Made by a program: the position numbers and the translations under genes
Assembly: GCA_049968255.1 (NCBI GenBank)
Contig: JBMFRB010000010.1
Span: 49,997 to 99,841 of the forward strand
DNA from: Candidatus Sumerlaeaceae bacterium
Lineage (GTDB): Bacteria; Sumerlaeota; Sumerlaeia; Sumerlaeales; Sumerlaeaceae
DNA length: 49,845 bases
Direction of reading: 5' to 3'
The notes under the pieces: generated by a model
What the model saw: the letters and a program-made list of their open reading frames with translations, nothing else
The model's database searches: none
Told to the model about the DNA's origin: nothing
Part shown: piece after piece, positions 10,076 to 19,990 of the stretch
Layout: the number at the start of each line of letters is the position of its first letter
Numbering within the stretch: position 1 is the first letter of the stretch

Positions 10076-10801
10076 ATGAGAAAAGGTTTTACCCTCATCG
10101 AGTTGCTCATCGTCGTGGCTTTCATCGCCATTCTCGCAGCGATCGCGGTCCGGAACTTTTTGGAGGCGCAAACGCGTTCGAAAGTGGCACGCGTCAAATC
10201 TGACATGCGGAGTCTGGCGACGGCTGTTGAATCCAACACCGTGGACAACAACAAGCTGCCGACAGTGATTGTGCTCGGGAAGACATACACAAGCTCGAAT
10301 CCGTTTGGTGACCACAGCATCGTAACCGCAGCTTCCACGGCGGCCAATTGTGTGAGTGTGCGCTTCTAGCATCTGACGACGCCGGTGGCCTATATCACCT
10401 CGGTCTTTGTGGATCCATTCCGCCCGACCGGTTACGGAGTAAGCTCGACGAGCAGCGTGGACATCTTAAATGACACCTACGACTACTTTGAGGCCTACGA
10501 TTTTACGCCAGGGACGGGCTCTTGCGATCAAAGCACGGCGAACTGGCGCGGCGCGGGCATTACGTCTGGGGCCAACTGGCGTGTGGTGAGCGCCGGGCCG
10601 GACCGGGTAAATTTCTTTGGCGGCGGCTACGCACAACAGTTGCCGATGCCGGATCGCTCGTTCGGTCTGGATTACGACCCGACAAATGGCACGGTGAGCC
10701 GAGGTGACATTGTTCGGGTGTCGAGTGCGGCTGGGCCGATCAATCCCGTGCCTCTGCCCTCGATCGATCGCATCAAGAACGTTGACAATGACACGTGCTG
10801 A
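10076..10801 (+). pseudogene. Prepilin-type N-terminal cleavage/methylation domain protein interrupted by an in-frame TAG
   Basis: KG|FTLIELLIVVA leader. ORFs 10070..10369 and 10385..10801 are in the same frame, separated only by TAG 10367-10369 and HLTTP. The C-terminal half has LTTPVAYITS..DPF, SAGPD and YDPTNGTVSRGDI. Confidence 0.85.
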
Positions 10802-10813
10802 TCGGCCAAATGT

Positions 10814-10867
10814 GTGATGCACTTTGAGCATCACCACCAACGGCATATCGGTGCCGTTAGAGCTTTT
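10814..10867. terminator. Paired hairpins between convergent genes
   Basis: GTGATGC-N7-GCATCAC (10814-10834) and AACGGCAT-ATCG-GTGCCGTT (10839-10858), followed by a short T run. Confidence 0.4.
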
Positions 10868-10890
10868 CGTTACTTTGCGTTTGGATGGTG

Positions 10891-12777
10891 TCAGGGAGCG
10901 GAGCGCTTGGCTTGTGACTGTGGCGAGCCCCGTTTCCAAATTTCCACGCCATAGGAGTCTTCACGAGTAAAGGGCGGCTGGCCGTAGAGAGCAACAGGGG
11001 CATAGTTTGCGCGGAGCCAAGTCGTGAAGCGCTGCGTCAACAGTGGCGGATAGCCGAAGTAAGGGCGATGAACGAGCGCGATAAAGTTGGGGGCCGCTGA
11101 TGCATAGGCCGCAAGGATTTTCTCTTCTCCGTAGAGGGCGACTTCGTACGGACCGAGTTGGTGATAGAAGACGGGGTTTGAGCGCTGAGTGATGTAGTGG
11201 ATGATTGACCCGCCCGGAAGTGCAGCAAATGTTTCGCCTGGCCCAAGCCGCACCATCAGGTCGCGGCACGCGTGAACAATGGCGTCAGCGTTGGGGTGAC
11301 GTGGCGGCGGCAGTGTGTAAAGTCGGAGCGTGGGGGTCTCGACCAGATAACTTTTCTCCCTGAGAGTTACGGCGCTTTTCCCGACATGGGCCAAGAGAAA
11401 GGCCAATGCCAAGCCACCAAGCATGGCCCGCGTCATTGTAAGTGAGACCGCGTTACCAATATGCCTCTGCTGAAGAGCGTGATTCGCCACAGCGGCGCTA
11501 AACAATAATGCGGGCACGGCTTGATAGAAGCCGTATTCATTCATGCGCGGATTGAGCCACATGCGGCTGAGGAGCAGTGTGGCGAAAATTCCCCACACAA
11601 GAACGACAATTTTCGATCGAACGATTTTATGGCCCGTTGTTGTGTTGCCCCGACTTTGCTTAATGCGCAAGAGCTGGATAAAAACCATGCCTAGCCCCAG
11701 CAGGGTCCACATGGGTATGCCCCGCGGAAGCTTCTCGATGAGGATCCGATAGGCGAAGGCGGGCTCCGAGAGCACGAACAAGGGTAGTGGCAAGAATGAG
11801 AGAACGCTCAGCAGGCGGATTTGCCCCCGCGACACCGGTTTTTGTCCGAGAATGTATCCCCAAAGGATGGCGGCTCCGAAATAGAGGAGTCCAGCGCTCC
11901 CCCATGCGAGCATGCGCAGTAGGTTCGCCGCTGGTGCATCTGTGCCGAGCTGTGCCTGCTGGCGGAGGCCCGAGAGTGCGGTCGGGGAAATTGCAGCGAA
12001 AGCGGCCCCGAGGACGCTGGGTATTTCCCGCGCTACATAGTGAAGCATGGCGAGACTTGTGGCACACGCGGCTACGCCGATAGCGGCAACTATTGCCAAT
12101 GTGAGAATTGAGCGCACTTCGCAGCCGCGTGCGACAGTCGGTTTCAACCGCAACCGGAATGCATGCCCAGTGAGGAGTGCCAGCCAGCACGCCACGGCGA
12201 TTTCGGGTTTTGTCAGTAGTGTGGCCGAGGCGCAAACAAAGCTGGCTAGCCACCATCTGCTCGAGCGCGGCTTGGCACCCACCTCTAATCCTTGCGCAAA
12301 GAAGGCCAGTGCTCCGAGCGCAGCAGCCATGCCCACGGTGACGGCATGGCTGTAAGGTGCCACAAAATTAAAGTTTGTGCACAGGGGAAGAGCGGAAAAC
12401 ACGCTGAGAAATTGGAAAGCGACGGTGGCGAGATTGGCAGTTGTGCGTCCCCACGCGTGCGCAAAAATCCTCCAAAGGCTCACACACGCCAAGGCGGCGA
12501 TGGCGAGGTTTGAGGCCTGAATGCCATGGTTGTGGTTTCCGAGTACGCGTAGCATGGCCGCGTTCCAGGCTAAAGGAAGAGGGCCATAAATGTAGGCGAA
12601 ATCGCGGTAGGGCACGCGCCCCTCCTGAGCCACAAGCCACGCGTTATAGAGCTCGTGGGGGAAATCAATGAGCAGATCGCCGAGTCGATCCCAGGTAAGA
12701 GCAGCGAGCACACCAAAGACGGCAGTATTGAGCGCCATGCCGTAACGATTGCATGTCGCGAGGAGCCCGCCTCTCAT
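10891..12777 (-). CDS. Polytopic membrane protein, GT-C / ArnT-PMT-like glycosyltransferase
   Basis: N-terminal TM, then GDLLIDFPHELYNAWLVAQEGRVPYRDFAYIYGPL; LTKPE; many TM helices; soluble C-terminal domain. Confidence 0.75.
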   Translation of the reverse strand: MRGGLLATCNRYGMALNTAVFGVLAALTWDRLGDLLIDFPHELYNAWLVAQEGRVPYRDFAYIYGPLPLAWNAAMLRVLGNHNHGIQASNLAIAALACVSLWRIFAHAWGRTTANLATVAFQFLSVFSALPLCTNFNFVAPYSHAVTVGMAAALGALAFFAQGLEVGAKPRSSRWWLASFVCASATLLTKPEIAVACWLALLTGHAFRLRLKPTVARGCEVRSILTLAIVAAIGVAACATSLAMLHYVAREIPSVLGAAFAAISPTALSGLRQQAQLGTDAPAANLLRMLAWGSAGLLYFGAAILWGYILGQKPVSRGQIRLLSVLSFLPLPLFVLSEPAFAYRILIEKLPRGIPMWTLLGLGMVFIQLLRIKQSRGNTTTGHKIVRSKIVVLVWGIFATLLLSRMWLNPRMNEYGFYQAVPALLFSAAVANHALQQRHIGNAVSLTMTRAMLGGLALAFLLAHVGKSAVTLREKSYLVETPTLRLYTLPPPRHPNADAIVHACRDLMVRLGPGETFAALPGGSIIHYITQRSNPVFYHQLGPYEVALYGEEKILAAYASAAPNFIALVHRPYFGYPPLLTQRFTTWLRANYAPVALYGQPPFTREDSYGVEIWKRGSPQSQAKRSAP

Positions 12778-12780
12778 GGT

Positions 12781-14648
12781 CTAGTTGACCTTGGCTGAGG
12801 ACGAATGGGTTCTGTGCTCGTAGATCTCCACGCCGTGAGAATCCACTGCCGTGAATGGTTGTGCCCCGATGCGCTCTTGGAGGTTATAGTTTTGTTGGAG
12901 CCAGGTGAGAAACGCCTGACCGAAAGTAGGCGTTGTGCCGAAAAGGGGAACATCGGGCGTGAATTTGTGAATGAGGGCGATGTAGCGTGGGGCAGCTTTG
13001 TCGTAGGCAGCAACGATTCGATCCTCTCCAAAAGCTGAGACCTCTACCGTCGCGAGGTGATCAAATGGCGTGGGGTGAGGCCGGCGTAGAACGTAATGAT
13101 AGAGTGTGCCTTCTGGCACCGCGGCGAAAGAAGCGCCGGCGCTGGTGAGTTGCTCCATGCGGCGCAGGCCAGCGAGGAGAACGTGGGTCTGTTGAAATTT
13201 CTTGGGTGAAGCGGGTACGTACAGGCTCAGGCCCGGCACGTGGATAAGCACGGTTCGGTCGCGCGTATTTTTATAGAGCGTGAGCAGAGCAGTGAGGACA
13301 AAGACGAACCAGGTGCCGGCCATGAACGCACCTCGCAGAATGGTGGGGAGTGGTGGACTTTTGGCGCGTGCCGCCAGGGGGGCTATCCAACGATGCGCGG
13401 TCCATGCAAAGACTAAAGCCGTCGCGGGGAGAGCCTGATAGAAACCGTATTGATACACACGTGTGTTGAGAGGCATGCGGGCAAGCATGAAAAGTGCGAA
13501 GCTTGCCCAGAGGGCCCGGGTGAATGCAGCGCGGTTGGGGGCACCGGCGTGGGTCAATGTGCGCAGCGCAAGGAGCCAAAGCAGAAATGTCCAGACAGGA
13601 AGCGTCCAAGGGAGGCGGAACCAGAGGACATTTGCGGCCAGGTCCCAAGCTGTGGCGAGGGGCACGAGGGGGAAGGCGAATGCAAAGGCAACGAGCCACC
13701 GGCGAAGATTGGCCGAAGGAGCGCTTTGCGCGCAGAGTCGGATCCATCCTTCGGCGAGCGCAGCGGCGGCAATCACTGATCCTGTCCACATAAGCATTCG
13801 CGCGAAGTTTGCGAGAGGCTCATCGAAGCCGAAGTGATGCAGTTGGCGGCTCGTCGTGGCCGTTTTTGGTGAGATCACCCCCCACGGACCTTTCATCGCA
13901 CGCCAGAAGAGCTGAGGGGGAAGCACGTGGGAAAAGTATGCCGCAAATGCAACGCATGGCAGAAGAAAACCTGTGCCAAAGGCCCCGGCGAGCCAGAGGC
14001 AGCGCTGCATAGATGGCGCCTGGCGCAGCAGCACGACAAGTGCTCCCAGCGACGTCACGGTGAGCGCCAGCGCCACATCGGCGCGGGTGAAGAGCACACA
14101 ACCGTTTGCAACACCGGCGAGAAAAAGCCACACGGCCTGAGGCCAATGCGAAGACAAGGCAAGGGCGGCCAATCCCCATGTGGCGAGGAGCATTGCATGA
14201 AGTGAGCTTTGGTTGTAAGGCGCGATGTAGTTAAAAATTTGTGCCTCAAGGAAGCCGCCAAAGATGAAGGCGACCTCGATCATGATCAGGGTGAGGTTGG
14301 CGGCAAGTCTTCCCCAACCGGAGCGAAGAATGACATAAAGGGCCACGGTAGCAGCGCAGCAAGGCAAGCGTTTGCGGCGAAGAGGACATCGCTATGGCTT
14401 CCAAACAGGCGGAAAATGAGGCCGTCGAAGACGAGCGCCCATGCCCCGTGGGGATGTTCGAAGTCGAGAAAAGGGCGAGCGCCGTCTGCAACCCGCCATG
14501 CATGGTAGAGCTCGCGCGGCGTGTCCACCAGCAGGTCGCCGAACCGCCTCCAGGTCGCTAAGAGAAGGATGCCGAAAAGAACTGCTGCGCAAGCTTCGAG
14601 TCCATAGCGCTGCAAGATGTTTTGATGCTGTCGTGGTTCGCTAGTCAC
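12781..14648 (-). pseudogene. Frameshifted paralog of the adjacent GT-C-like membrane protein
   Basis: ORF 14286..14648 encodes the N-terminus (GDLLVDTPRELYHAWRVADGARPFLDF) and ORF 12781..14367 the rest. One base missing at ~14352-14354 would restore ...CLAALATVALYVILRSGWGR, colinear with the paralog. Confidence 0.75.
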
Positions 14649-14839
14649 CTTGTTGCCGTCCGCGCTGTCTCGTCACGCACAGGATTGTGGTTTGAGATAT
14701 GACGTGGAGCAAGCAGCGTCAAGTGCGGGAAGAGGTTTGCCCGAGAGCACTCTGGGGAGAGCTGGGGAATAGGGTTCTTGCGCAGCAATAGAAGTGAGCA
14801 GGTGTGCTTCGCTAAAACGACAATAGGAAAGGCATCAGG

Positions 14840-16093
14840 ATGACGATGGGCGGAGCTCGGGACAATGTCGCGGCGCGTGGAGATTCAGCATTGGCGGGAC
14901 TCATTCGTCATGGCTTCGGCCTCAAGAAGGAAGTCAGCGAGGCCATAGACTCGGATTATCATTCTGACGTTGTCGAATGGTTCAAAAACCACGACTATTT
15001 CGGCGTCTTCGATGGCATCGAGGTTCATCTGGCGCGCGAGCTTGGTTTTTGTTATGGGGTGGACAAGGCCATTGATTTTGCGTATCAAACGCGCCGGCGT
15101 TTTCCCGACAGGCGGATTTTCCTCACCGCTGAAATCATTCATAATCCTGGGGTCAACAGGCGTTTGCGCGAACTAGGAATTCATTTTCTCGCGGGCCGCT
15201 ACAAGGGCGAGTTCGGCTACGAGGATCTGCGGCCCGAAGACGTTGTCATTCTGCCGGCATTTGGCGCCACGGTGGAAGAAATCGCCCTGCTGCGCGGGCG
15301 CGGCTGCACGCTGGTGGACACGACGTGTGGCTCAGTGATTCATGTGTGGAAGCGCGTGGAGAAATATGCCCAGGAAGGCTTCACAGCGGTGATTCATGGC
15401 AAATTCGCCCACGAGGAGACGCGGGCGACGAGCTCGCGCGTGCTTGAATACCCAGGGGGGCGCTATCTCATCGTGCGCGATAAGGAACAGACTGCACTTG
15501 TGTGCGAGTTTATCAGAGGTAAGATTCCAGCGTCGCAACTCATAGAGGAATTTGCCGAAGGAATGAGTCCAGGGTTTGATCCCGAGCGCGATCTTGTGCG
15601 CATCGGCGTGGCGAATCAAACGACGATGCTCAGCAGGGAATCGCTGGAAATCGCCGAAATGCTTCGGCAGGCGTTGGCCGAGCGCTATGGCGAGGAGCAC
15701 ATCGATGAACACTTCCGCAGCTTCGACACGATCTGTTCGGCTACCCAGGATCGCCAGGATGCCATCCACGAGTTGGGGCGCAAAGGGCTGGACCTTATCC
15801 TTGTGGTGGGGGGCTTCAACAGCTCGAACACAAGCCATCTCATCGAAATCGCCTCGCAGTATGCGCGCGCGTTCCACATCGAGGATGCTGCGGATCTCAT
15901 TTCGGCCCAGGAGATCCGACACAAGCGATGGGATCGTCTCAAGCCGGAATTGACGCGGGATTGGTTGCCTGCGAAGCCGTTGCGCGTGGGCATTACGGGC
16001 GGAGCTTCTACTCCCAATCGCTCAATTGGCCAAACAATTATGCGGCTGCTCGAACTGTGCGGTTGTGAGCCACGCTTTGACGTCGAAAAATAA
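14840..16093 (+). CDS. ispH: 4-hydroxy-3-methylbut-2-enyl diphosphate reductase
   Basis: GFCYGVDKAI, EIIHNP, VDTTCGSV, HEET, NQTT, DTICSATQDRQ, VGGFNSSNT, GITGGASTP. Confidence 0.96.
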   Translation: MTMGGARDNVAARGDSALAGLIRHGFGLKKEVSEAIDSDYHSDVVEWFKNHDYFGVFDGIEVHLARELGFCYGVDKAIDFAYQTRRRFPDRRIFLTAEIIHNPGVNRRLRELGIHFLAGRYKGEFGYEDLRPEDVVILPAFGATVEEIALLRGRGCTLVDTTCGSVIHVWKRVEKYAQEGFTAVIHGKFAHEETRATSSRVLEYPGGRYLIVRDKEQTALVCEFIRGKIPASQLIEEFAEGMSPGFDPERDLVRIGVANQTTMLSRESLEIAEMLRQALAERYGEEHIDEHFRSFDTICSATQDRQDAIHELGRKGLDLILVVGGFNSSNTSHLIEIASQYARAFHIEDAADLISAQEIRHKRWDRLKPELTRDWLPAKPLRVGITGGASTPNRSIGQTIMRLLELCGCEPRFDVEK

Positions 16094-16134
16094 TCCTTAG
16101 CTGTCCGTGTACTACTTTCGCGGTTTTTCCCTGT

Positions 16135-16207
16135 GGGCCGTTAGCTCAATCGGTAGAGCAGCAGACTCTTAATCTGTTGGTTCCAGGTTCGAGTCCTGGA
16201 CGGCTCA
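16135..16207 (+). tRNA. tRNA-Lys (anticodon CTT), CCA not encoded
   Basis: Acceptor stem GGGCCGT/ACGGCTC; D arm GCTC-AATCGGTA-GAGC; anticodon arm GCAGA-CT CTT AA-TCTGT; T arm CCAGG-TTCGAGT-CCTGG. Confidence 0.96.
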
Positions 16208-16332
16208 CTTTTTCTTTTTTCGTTTGCCTCGGATGAGGGCGCGCATCGCGTGTGTGTGCCCGTGCGTGTTCATCACCTCATCACCATGCACAACGGGGGA
16301 AAGCGCCACCCTGCGACGTTTGCGCCTGGGCG

Positions 16333-18060
16333 CTATTCTGGTATCTTTTCCAGTGTGGTGCGCACGAGCTTGGCGAGGGGAGCGATGGTTTGTGCATCGA
16401 AGGCAAAATGCAGTCCTGCAGCGCGGAACAGCTCGGGGAGCGGACGTGATCCCCCCAGTGCCAGAGCGGTGCGATAGTTGGCGATCGCTACTTGGTCGTT
16501 GGACAGAAAATTCTGCCAGAGCTGCAGCGCGCCGAGTTGCGCAATGCCGTATTCAATGTAGTAAAGCGGGACACAGAAGAAGTGGAGTTTGGCAATCCAT
16601 GAGCATTCGCGCCACTCCGGATACTCGCTCCATTCGAGCTCGTCGCCGAAGCGCTCGTCTAAGGCCAACCAAGCCTGAGCGCGCTCGGTGCGAGTGTGCT
16701 CAGGGTGCGTGTAGAGCCAGTGCTGGAATGTATCCACGCGGGCAATCCACGGCAAAAGTTCCAGGACCTCCTCGAGGTGTTCCCGTCGCGCTCGTGTTGC
16801 ATCCTGGGCGGTGTAGAAGGCTTGGAGGCGTTCACACGACATCATCTCCATGCCCATCGAGGCAACTTCGCAGAACTCTATCGGCGCGTGACGGTAGGCG
16901 AGCAGTGGCTCGGTGCGGGTGGACAAAGCATGGAAAGCATGCCCACCTTCGTGGAGCAAAGTGAAGACATCTCGGTTGCGACCGGCTGCATTCATGAAAA
17001 TGAAGGGCAGGCGCAGTTCTTCCAGTGTGGATTGATAGCCGCCCGGGGCCTTGCCTTTGCGGCTGTCGAGGTCGAGCAAGTGCTTGCGGCGGAGGACGGC
17101 GAATTGTTGCTCAAAGAAAGGATGAACCGCGCGGAAAATCGCGTTGGTGCCCTCAATGAGCTGATCCACCGTCTCGAATGGTCGCAGGGGGGGGCGGCCG
17201 AGTGGGTCGGCGGCCAGATCCCATGGCGCGAGGCGCGCCAATCCCATGCGCTTGCGGCGGTGCTGGCGCAATTGTCGAACCAGAGGCACAATGTGTTTTT
17301 CGATGGCCTCGTGAAATGCCACGCAGTGCTGAGGCGTGTAATCGAAGCGGCCGAGATTCGCGAATTGGAACTCGAGAAAGTTCGCGTAGCCGGCATTGCG
17401 GGCGATTTGCGTGCGAAGCCTGATCATTTCATCGAAAAGCGTTTCGATTTCTTCGCGATCGCGTAGCTGGCGGCCCACAGCGGCGCACCACGCCGAGCGG
17501 CGAAGATCGCGCGCTGGCTCTTCGAGCAGCTTGTGGAGCTGCGGCAGGGTGAGCTCCTTGCCGTCGAGGACGGCCGTCATTTCGCCGTAAAGTTTTTGAT
17601 AACGTTGCGAGAGTTTTTCGTCCTCCACTTTGAGGGCGAGATTTTCCTCGCGGTAGAGGCGAACTTCCATCTCACGTGCGCGATCGTAAACGAAGTAACG
17701 CTCGCGAGGAAGGGCGTGCCGGTGTTCGCATGCGACATATTTGCGATTCAGAGCGAATGTTGCGCGCTCGATGTTCGGACGGATGTCTTCGACGAATTCC
17801 AAGTAAGCGCGTTCAAACTCGGGCACGTCCGTGTGACACGTCATCCGAATGTAGCGCACAGTCTCTTCTTCGTCAACGGCTGCGCGCAGCTCTGAAAGGT
17901 CGAGCAGCCACTGTTCAACCTCTGGGCCGCTGCCAAGTTCGCGCCGTTCGAGCTCGTCGAAGTAGGGCTGCATTTTTTCCCAAGTGTCGAGTTGGGCATG
18001 TGTCGGCAAATAGTGGCGCGGGAATTCTGGTTTTTTGCGAAGTCCATCGAAGAGATCCAT
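16333..18060 (-). CDS. M3 family oligoendopeptidase (PepF/M3B-like)
   Basis: RKGKAPGGY, PFIFMN, LLHEGGHAFH (HExxH), EFCEVASMGME, LHFF..PLYYIEYGIAQLGALQ. Confidence 0.93.
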   Translation of the reverse strand: MDLFDGLRKKPEFPRHYLPTHAQLDTWEKMQPYFDELERRELGSGPEVEQWLLDLSELRAAVDEEETVRYIRMTCHTDVPEFERAYLEFVEDIRPNIERATFALNRKYVACEHRHALPRERYFVYDRAREMEVRLYREENLALKVEDEKLSQRYQKLYGEMTAVLDGKELTLPQLHKLLEEPARDLRRSAWCAAVGRQLRDREEIETLFDEMIRLRTQIARNAGYANFLEFQFANLGRFDYTPQHCVAFHEAIEKHIVPLVRQLRQHRRKRMGLARLAPWDLAADPLGRPPLRPFETVDQLIEGTNAIFRAVHPFFEQQFAVLRRKHLLDLDSRKGKAPGGYQSTLEELRLPFIFMNAAGRNRDVFTLLHEGGHAFHALSTRTEPLLAYRHAPIEFCEVASMGMEMMSCERLQAFYTAQDATRARREHLEEVLELLPWIARVDTFQHWLYTHPEHTRTERAQAWLALDERFGDELEWSEYPEWRECSWIAKLHFFCVPLYYIEYGIAQLGALQLWQNFLSNDQVAIANYRTALALGGSRPLPELFRAAGLHFAFDAQTIAPLAKLVRTTLEKIPE

Positions 18061-18116
18061 CGTGTGTCCTTTCTGGCATGAGGGTCGCTTGGCTTCGGCG
18101 GAAAGCGAAATTCTGG

Positions 18117-19679
18117 CTAAGGCTCAATGTGAATTGTGGCTTTGTGCAGGGAGGTGGTCCGATCCTTGGGCGAGCCAATGAGATTGAAACCGAGGAAGGA
18201 GATCGACGTGGGGGCGGACTTCTGGGCTTCGTCGAATTCGAAGCCGATATCCGTGGCGGGCGAAGGAGCCAAGGCGCGGAATTTCACCGTGAACAAGGTG
18301 CCGCCGGCTGGAATTCGTGTGCGGCTGGCAAAACCCATCTGATACTGCAGCTTACCAAGCTGGTTGTAAGCCACGTTACGGATGTGGAAATCGAAGGGCA
18401 GATCCTCGTGATAGGGGGCGTCGTAGGCGTTGATGCCTTTCGTAATCCAGCCGTCGTCATCGTAGTCCACGACCTCGAGGGCTGCGGGATCAAAGGTGAT
18501 AGTGACTTTCATGGAATCGACCTCGACGCGGTTTGGGTTTTCGTAGACTACGTCGACGAGGAACTCGTCGCCAACCTTGACCGAGGAGCGGCGGGGGCGT
18601 AGCGCAAGGGTGATTCCGCCAACTGCTATGCCGTCGCTGATTTGGCGCGCCAGCACGGCGCCAGTCAGCGGGGCCTCTTCATCCTGCATTTTCTGGAGAA
18701 GTTCTGGTGTGGGGGCGACGGCAATGTCCGCCCCGAGTAAACCGCGTCGCGGCGAAGGCTCGAGTTCATCGCTTTCCTGAGCGTCGTCCGCACCGCTTTG
18801 CGGCAAGAGGAGATTTTTTTCACCGTCGAGCACGCGGGTTGGCAGATCGGCAGTGTTGACGAAGTCGAGGGAGGTGTGTTCGGTGGGGGCGAGCGCCTTC
18901 CATTGCAGTTTACACACGACAAAGAAGTCGTCCTTGCGTGGCTCTGCAAAGTTGGCGTGGTAGTAAAAAATGCCGCGGTTGGTATCGGCTTTTGCAACGG
19001 CTGGTTCTTTAAGCAAAGCTGAGATGCCATTGTCATCCACGCCTTCGAGCTGAAGCACCTTTGGGTCGTAACGGAGGGATAATTCGATCGAATTGAAGTT
19101 CGCTTGTTGTCCATTGCGAAACACAATTCGTGTGACGATCGGCTGCCCCACCTGGGCCACAGTATGCATCGTAGAAGCAAGATCGGTGGTTTCGATGGTA
19201 AGGATATTGGTCGAGGGGGATGCTTTCATTTTGAACTCAACGGTCGTTGCGCTGCGGCTCTGGCCCCCAGAGGAGGCTTTTTTCTGGGGAGCCTTTTTCC
19301 CCTTCACGGTCTTTTCCGTTTTCTTCGGTTCCGCTTTTGCGCCTTTGGCGCCCGGCTGGTTACTGGCACGCTCACGGGTTTTTGTGCGGTCCGCAGACGT
19401 TTTGTCAGTCGCATTCTTTTTGGCGGTGCGATCGGACGATCGTGACCCAAAGATGCTGTCTCTCGTTCTGGACGATCCAAATCCAGAATCGGTTGAGCCA
19501 GGGTAGCTGCTTCCCGAGGTGGAAGCTCGACGGTTGAAGGTACTCGAACTCTTGCCCAGATTTGTGGAATCATCGGCGGCAGCCGTCGAAGGGGGCTGGC
19601 ACAGGAATACGATCATGAGGGCTATGCAGAGCAGCACATCATTCCAGGTTCTGAGCTCGCGGATTTGCCAGTCTTTCAT
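18117..19679 (-). CDS. Secreted protein with Ser/Lys-rich linker and two cohesin-like domains
   Basis: Signal peptide; two repeats of the pattern V(Q/K)VG(Q/D)..V.(I/V)...N...(L/I).(Y/F)DP..L(Q/E)..V.D...G...Y...(K/V)(L/K)(Q/F)..ALAP...T.(L/I).F...NL(L/I). Confidence 0.7.
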   Translation of the reverse strand: MKDWQIRELRTWNDVLLCIALMIVFLCQPPSTAAADDSTNLGKSSSTFNRRASTSGSSYPGSTDSGFGSSRTRDSIFGSRSSDRTAKKNATDKTSADRTKTRERASNQPGAKGAKAEPKKTEKTVKGKKAPQKKASSGGQSRSATTVEFKMKASPSTNILTIETTDLASTMHTVAQVGQPIVTRIVFRNGQQANFNSIELSLRYDPKVLQLEGVDDNGISALLKEPAVAKADTNRGIFYYHANFAEPRKDDFFVVCKLQWKALAPTEHTSLDFVNTADLPTRVLDGEKNLLLPQSGADDAQESDELEPSPRRGLLGADIAVAPTPELLQKMQDEEAPLTGAVLARQISDGIAVGGITLALRPRRSSVKVGDEFLVDVVYENPNRVEVDSMKVTITFDPAALEVVDYDDDGWITKGINAYDAPYHEDLPFDFHIRNVAYNQLGKLQYQMGFASRTRIPAGGTLFTVKFRALAPSPATDIGFEFDEAQKSAPTSISFLGFNLIGSPKDRTTSLHKATIHIEP

Positions 19680-19734
19680 CGTGCGGTTTCTCTCATTTGG
19701 TCAATAGGGAGCACTTTTATTCAAGCACCAAACT

Positions 19735-19750
19735 AGCATCAAAGATGCCA
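19735..19750 (-). promoter_or_regulatory. Putative sigma54 promoter for the cohesin-like gene
   Basis: Minus strand TGGCATCTTTGATGCT (GG-N10-GC), ~55 nt upstream of ATG 19679. Confidence 0.55.
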
Positions 19751-19891
19751 CTGCTGATCGCAGCGTGCCAGGTGCTGTACGATTCGGATTGACGCCTTTT
19801 ATGATCGGATTGTTCACTCCAGGTGGATTCACTTGAAAAATCTCTGGTTCTGGTCAGCAATTTCCAAGGGGATGAGGGAAAACGTGGAAAG

Positions 19892-19920
19892 TTTACGGTG
19901 AAGGGAAAACGGATTATACT
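19892..19920 (+). promoter_or_regulatory. Putative sigma70 promoter for the CofG-like gene
   Basis: TTTACG-N17-TATACT, 70 nt before GTG 19991. Confidence 0.55.
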
Positions 19921-19990
19921 CATAAAGGGTTTCACGTTTGAGCCATAGAGAAGAGAAATCCTCACGACCCGCAATAAAAGAGGGCATAAC

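Noticed and set aside
18074-18089. TGGCATGAGGGTCGCT sigma54-like motif
   Set aside because: Weak -12 element (TCGC), lies next to the peptidase RBS on the opposite strand; probably chance.
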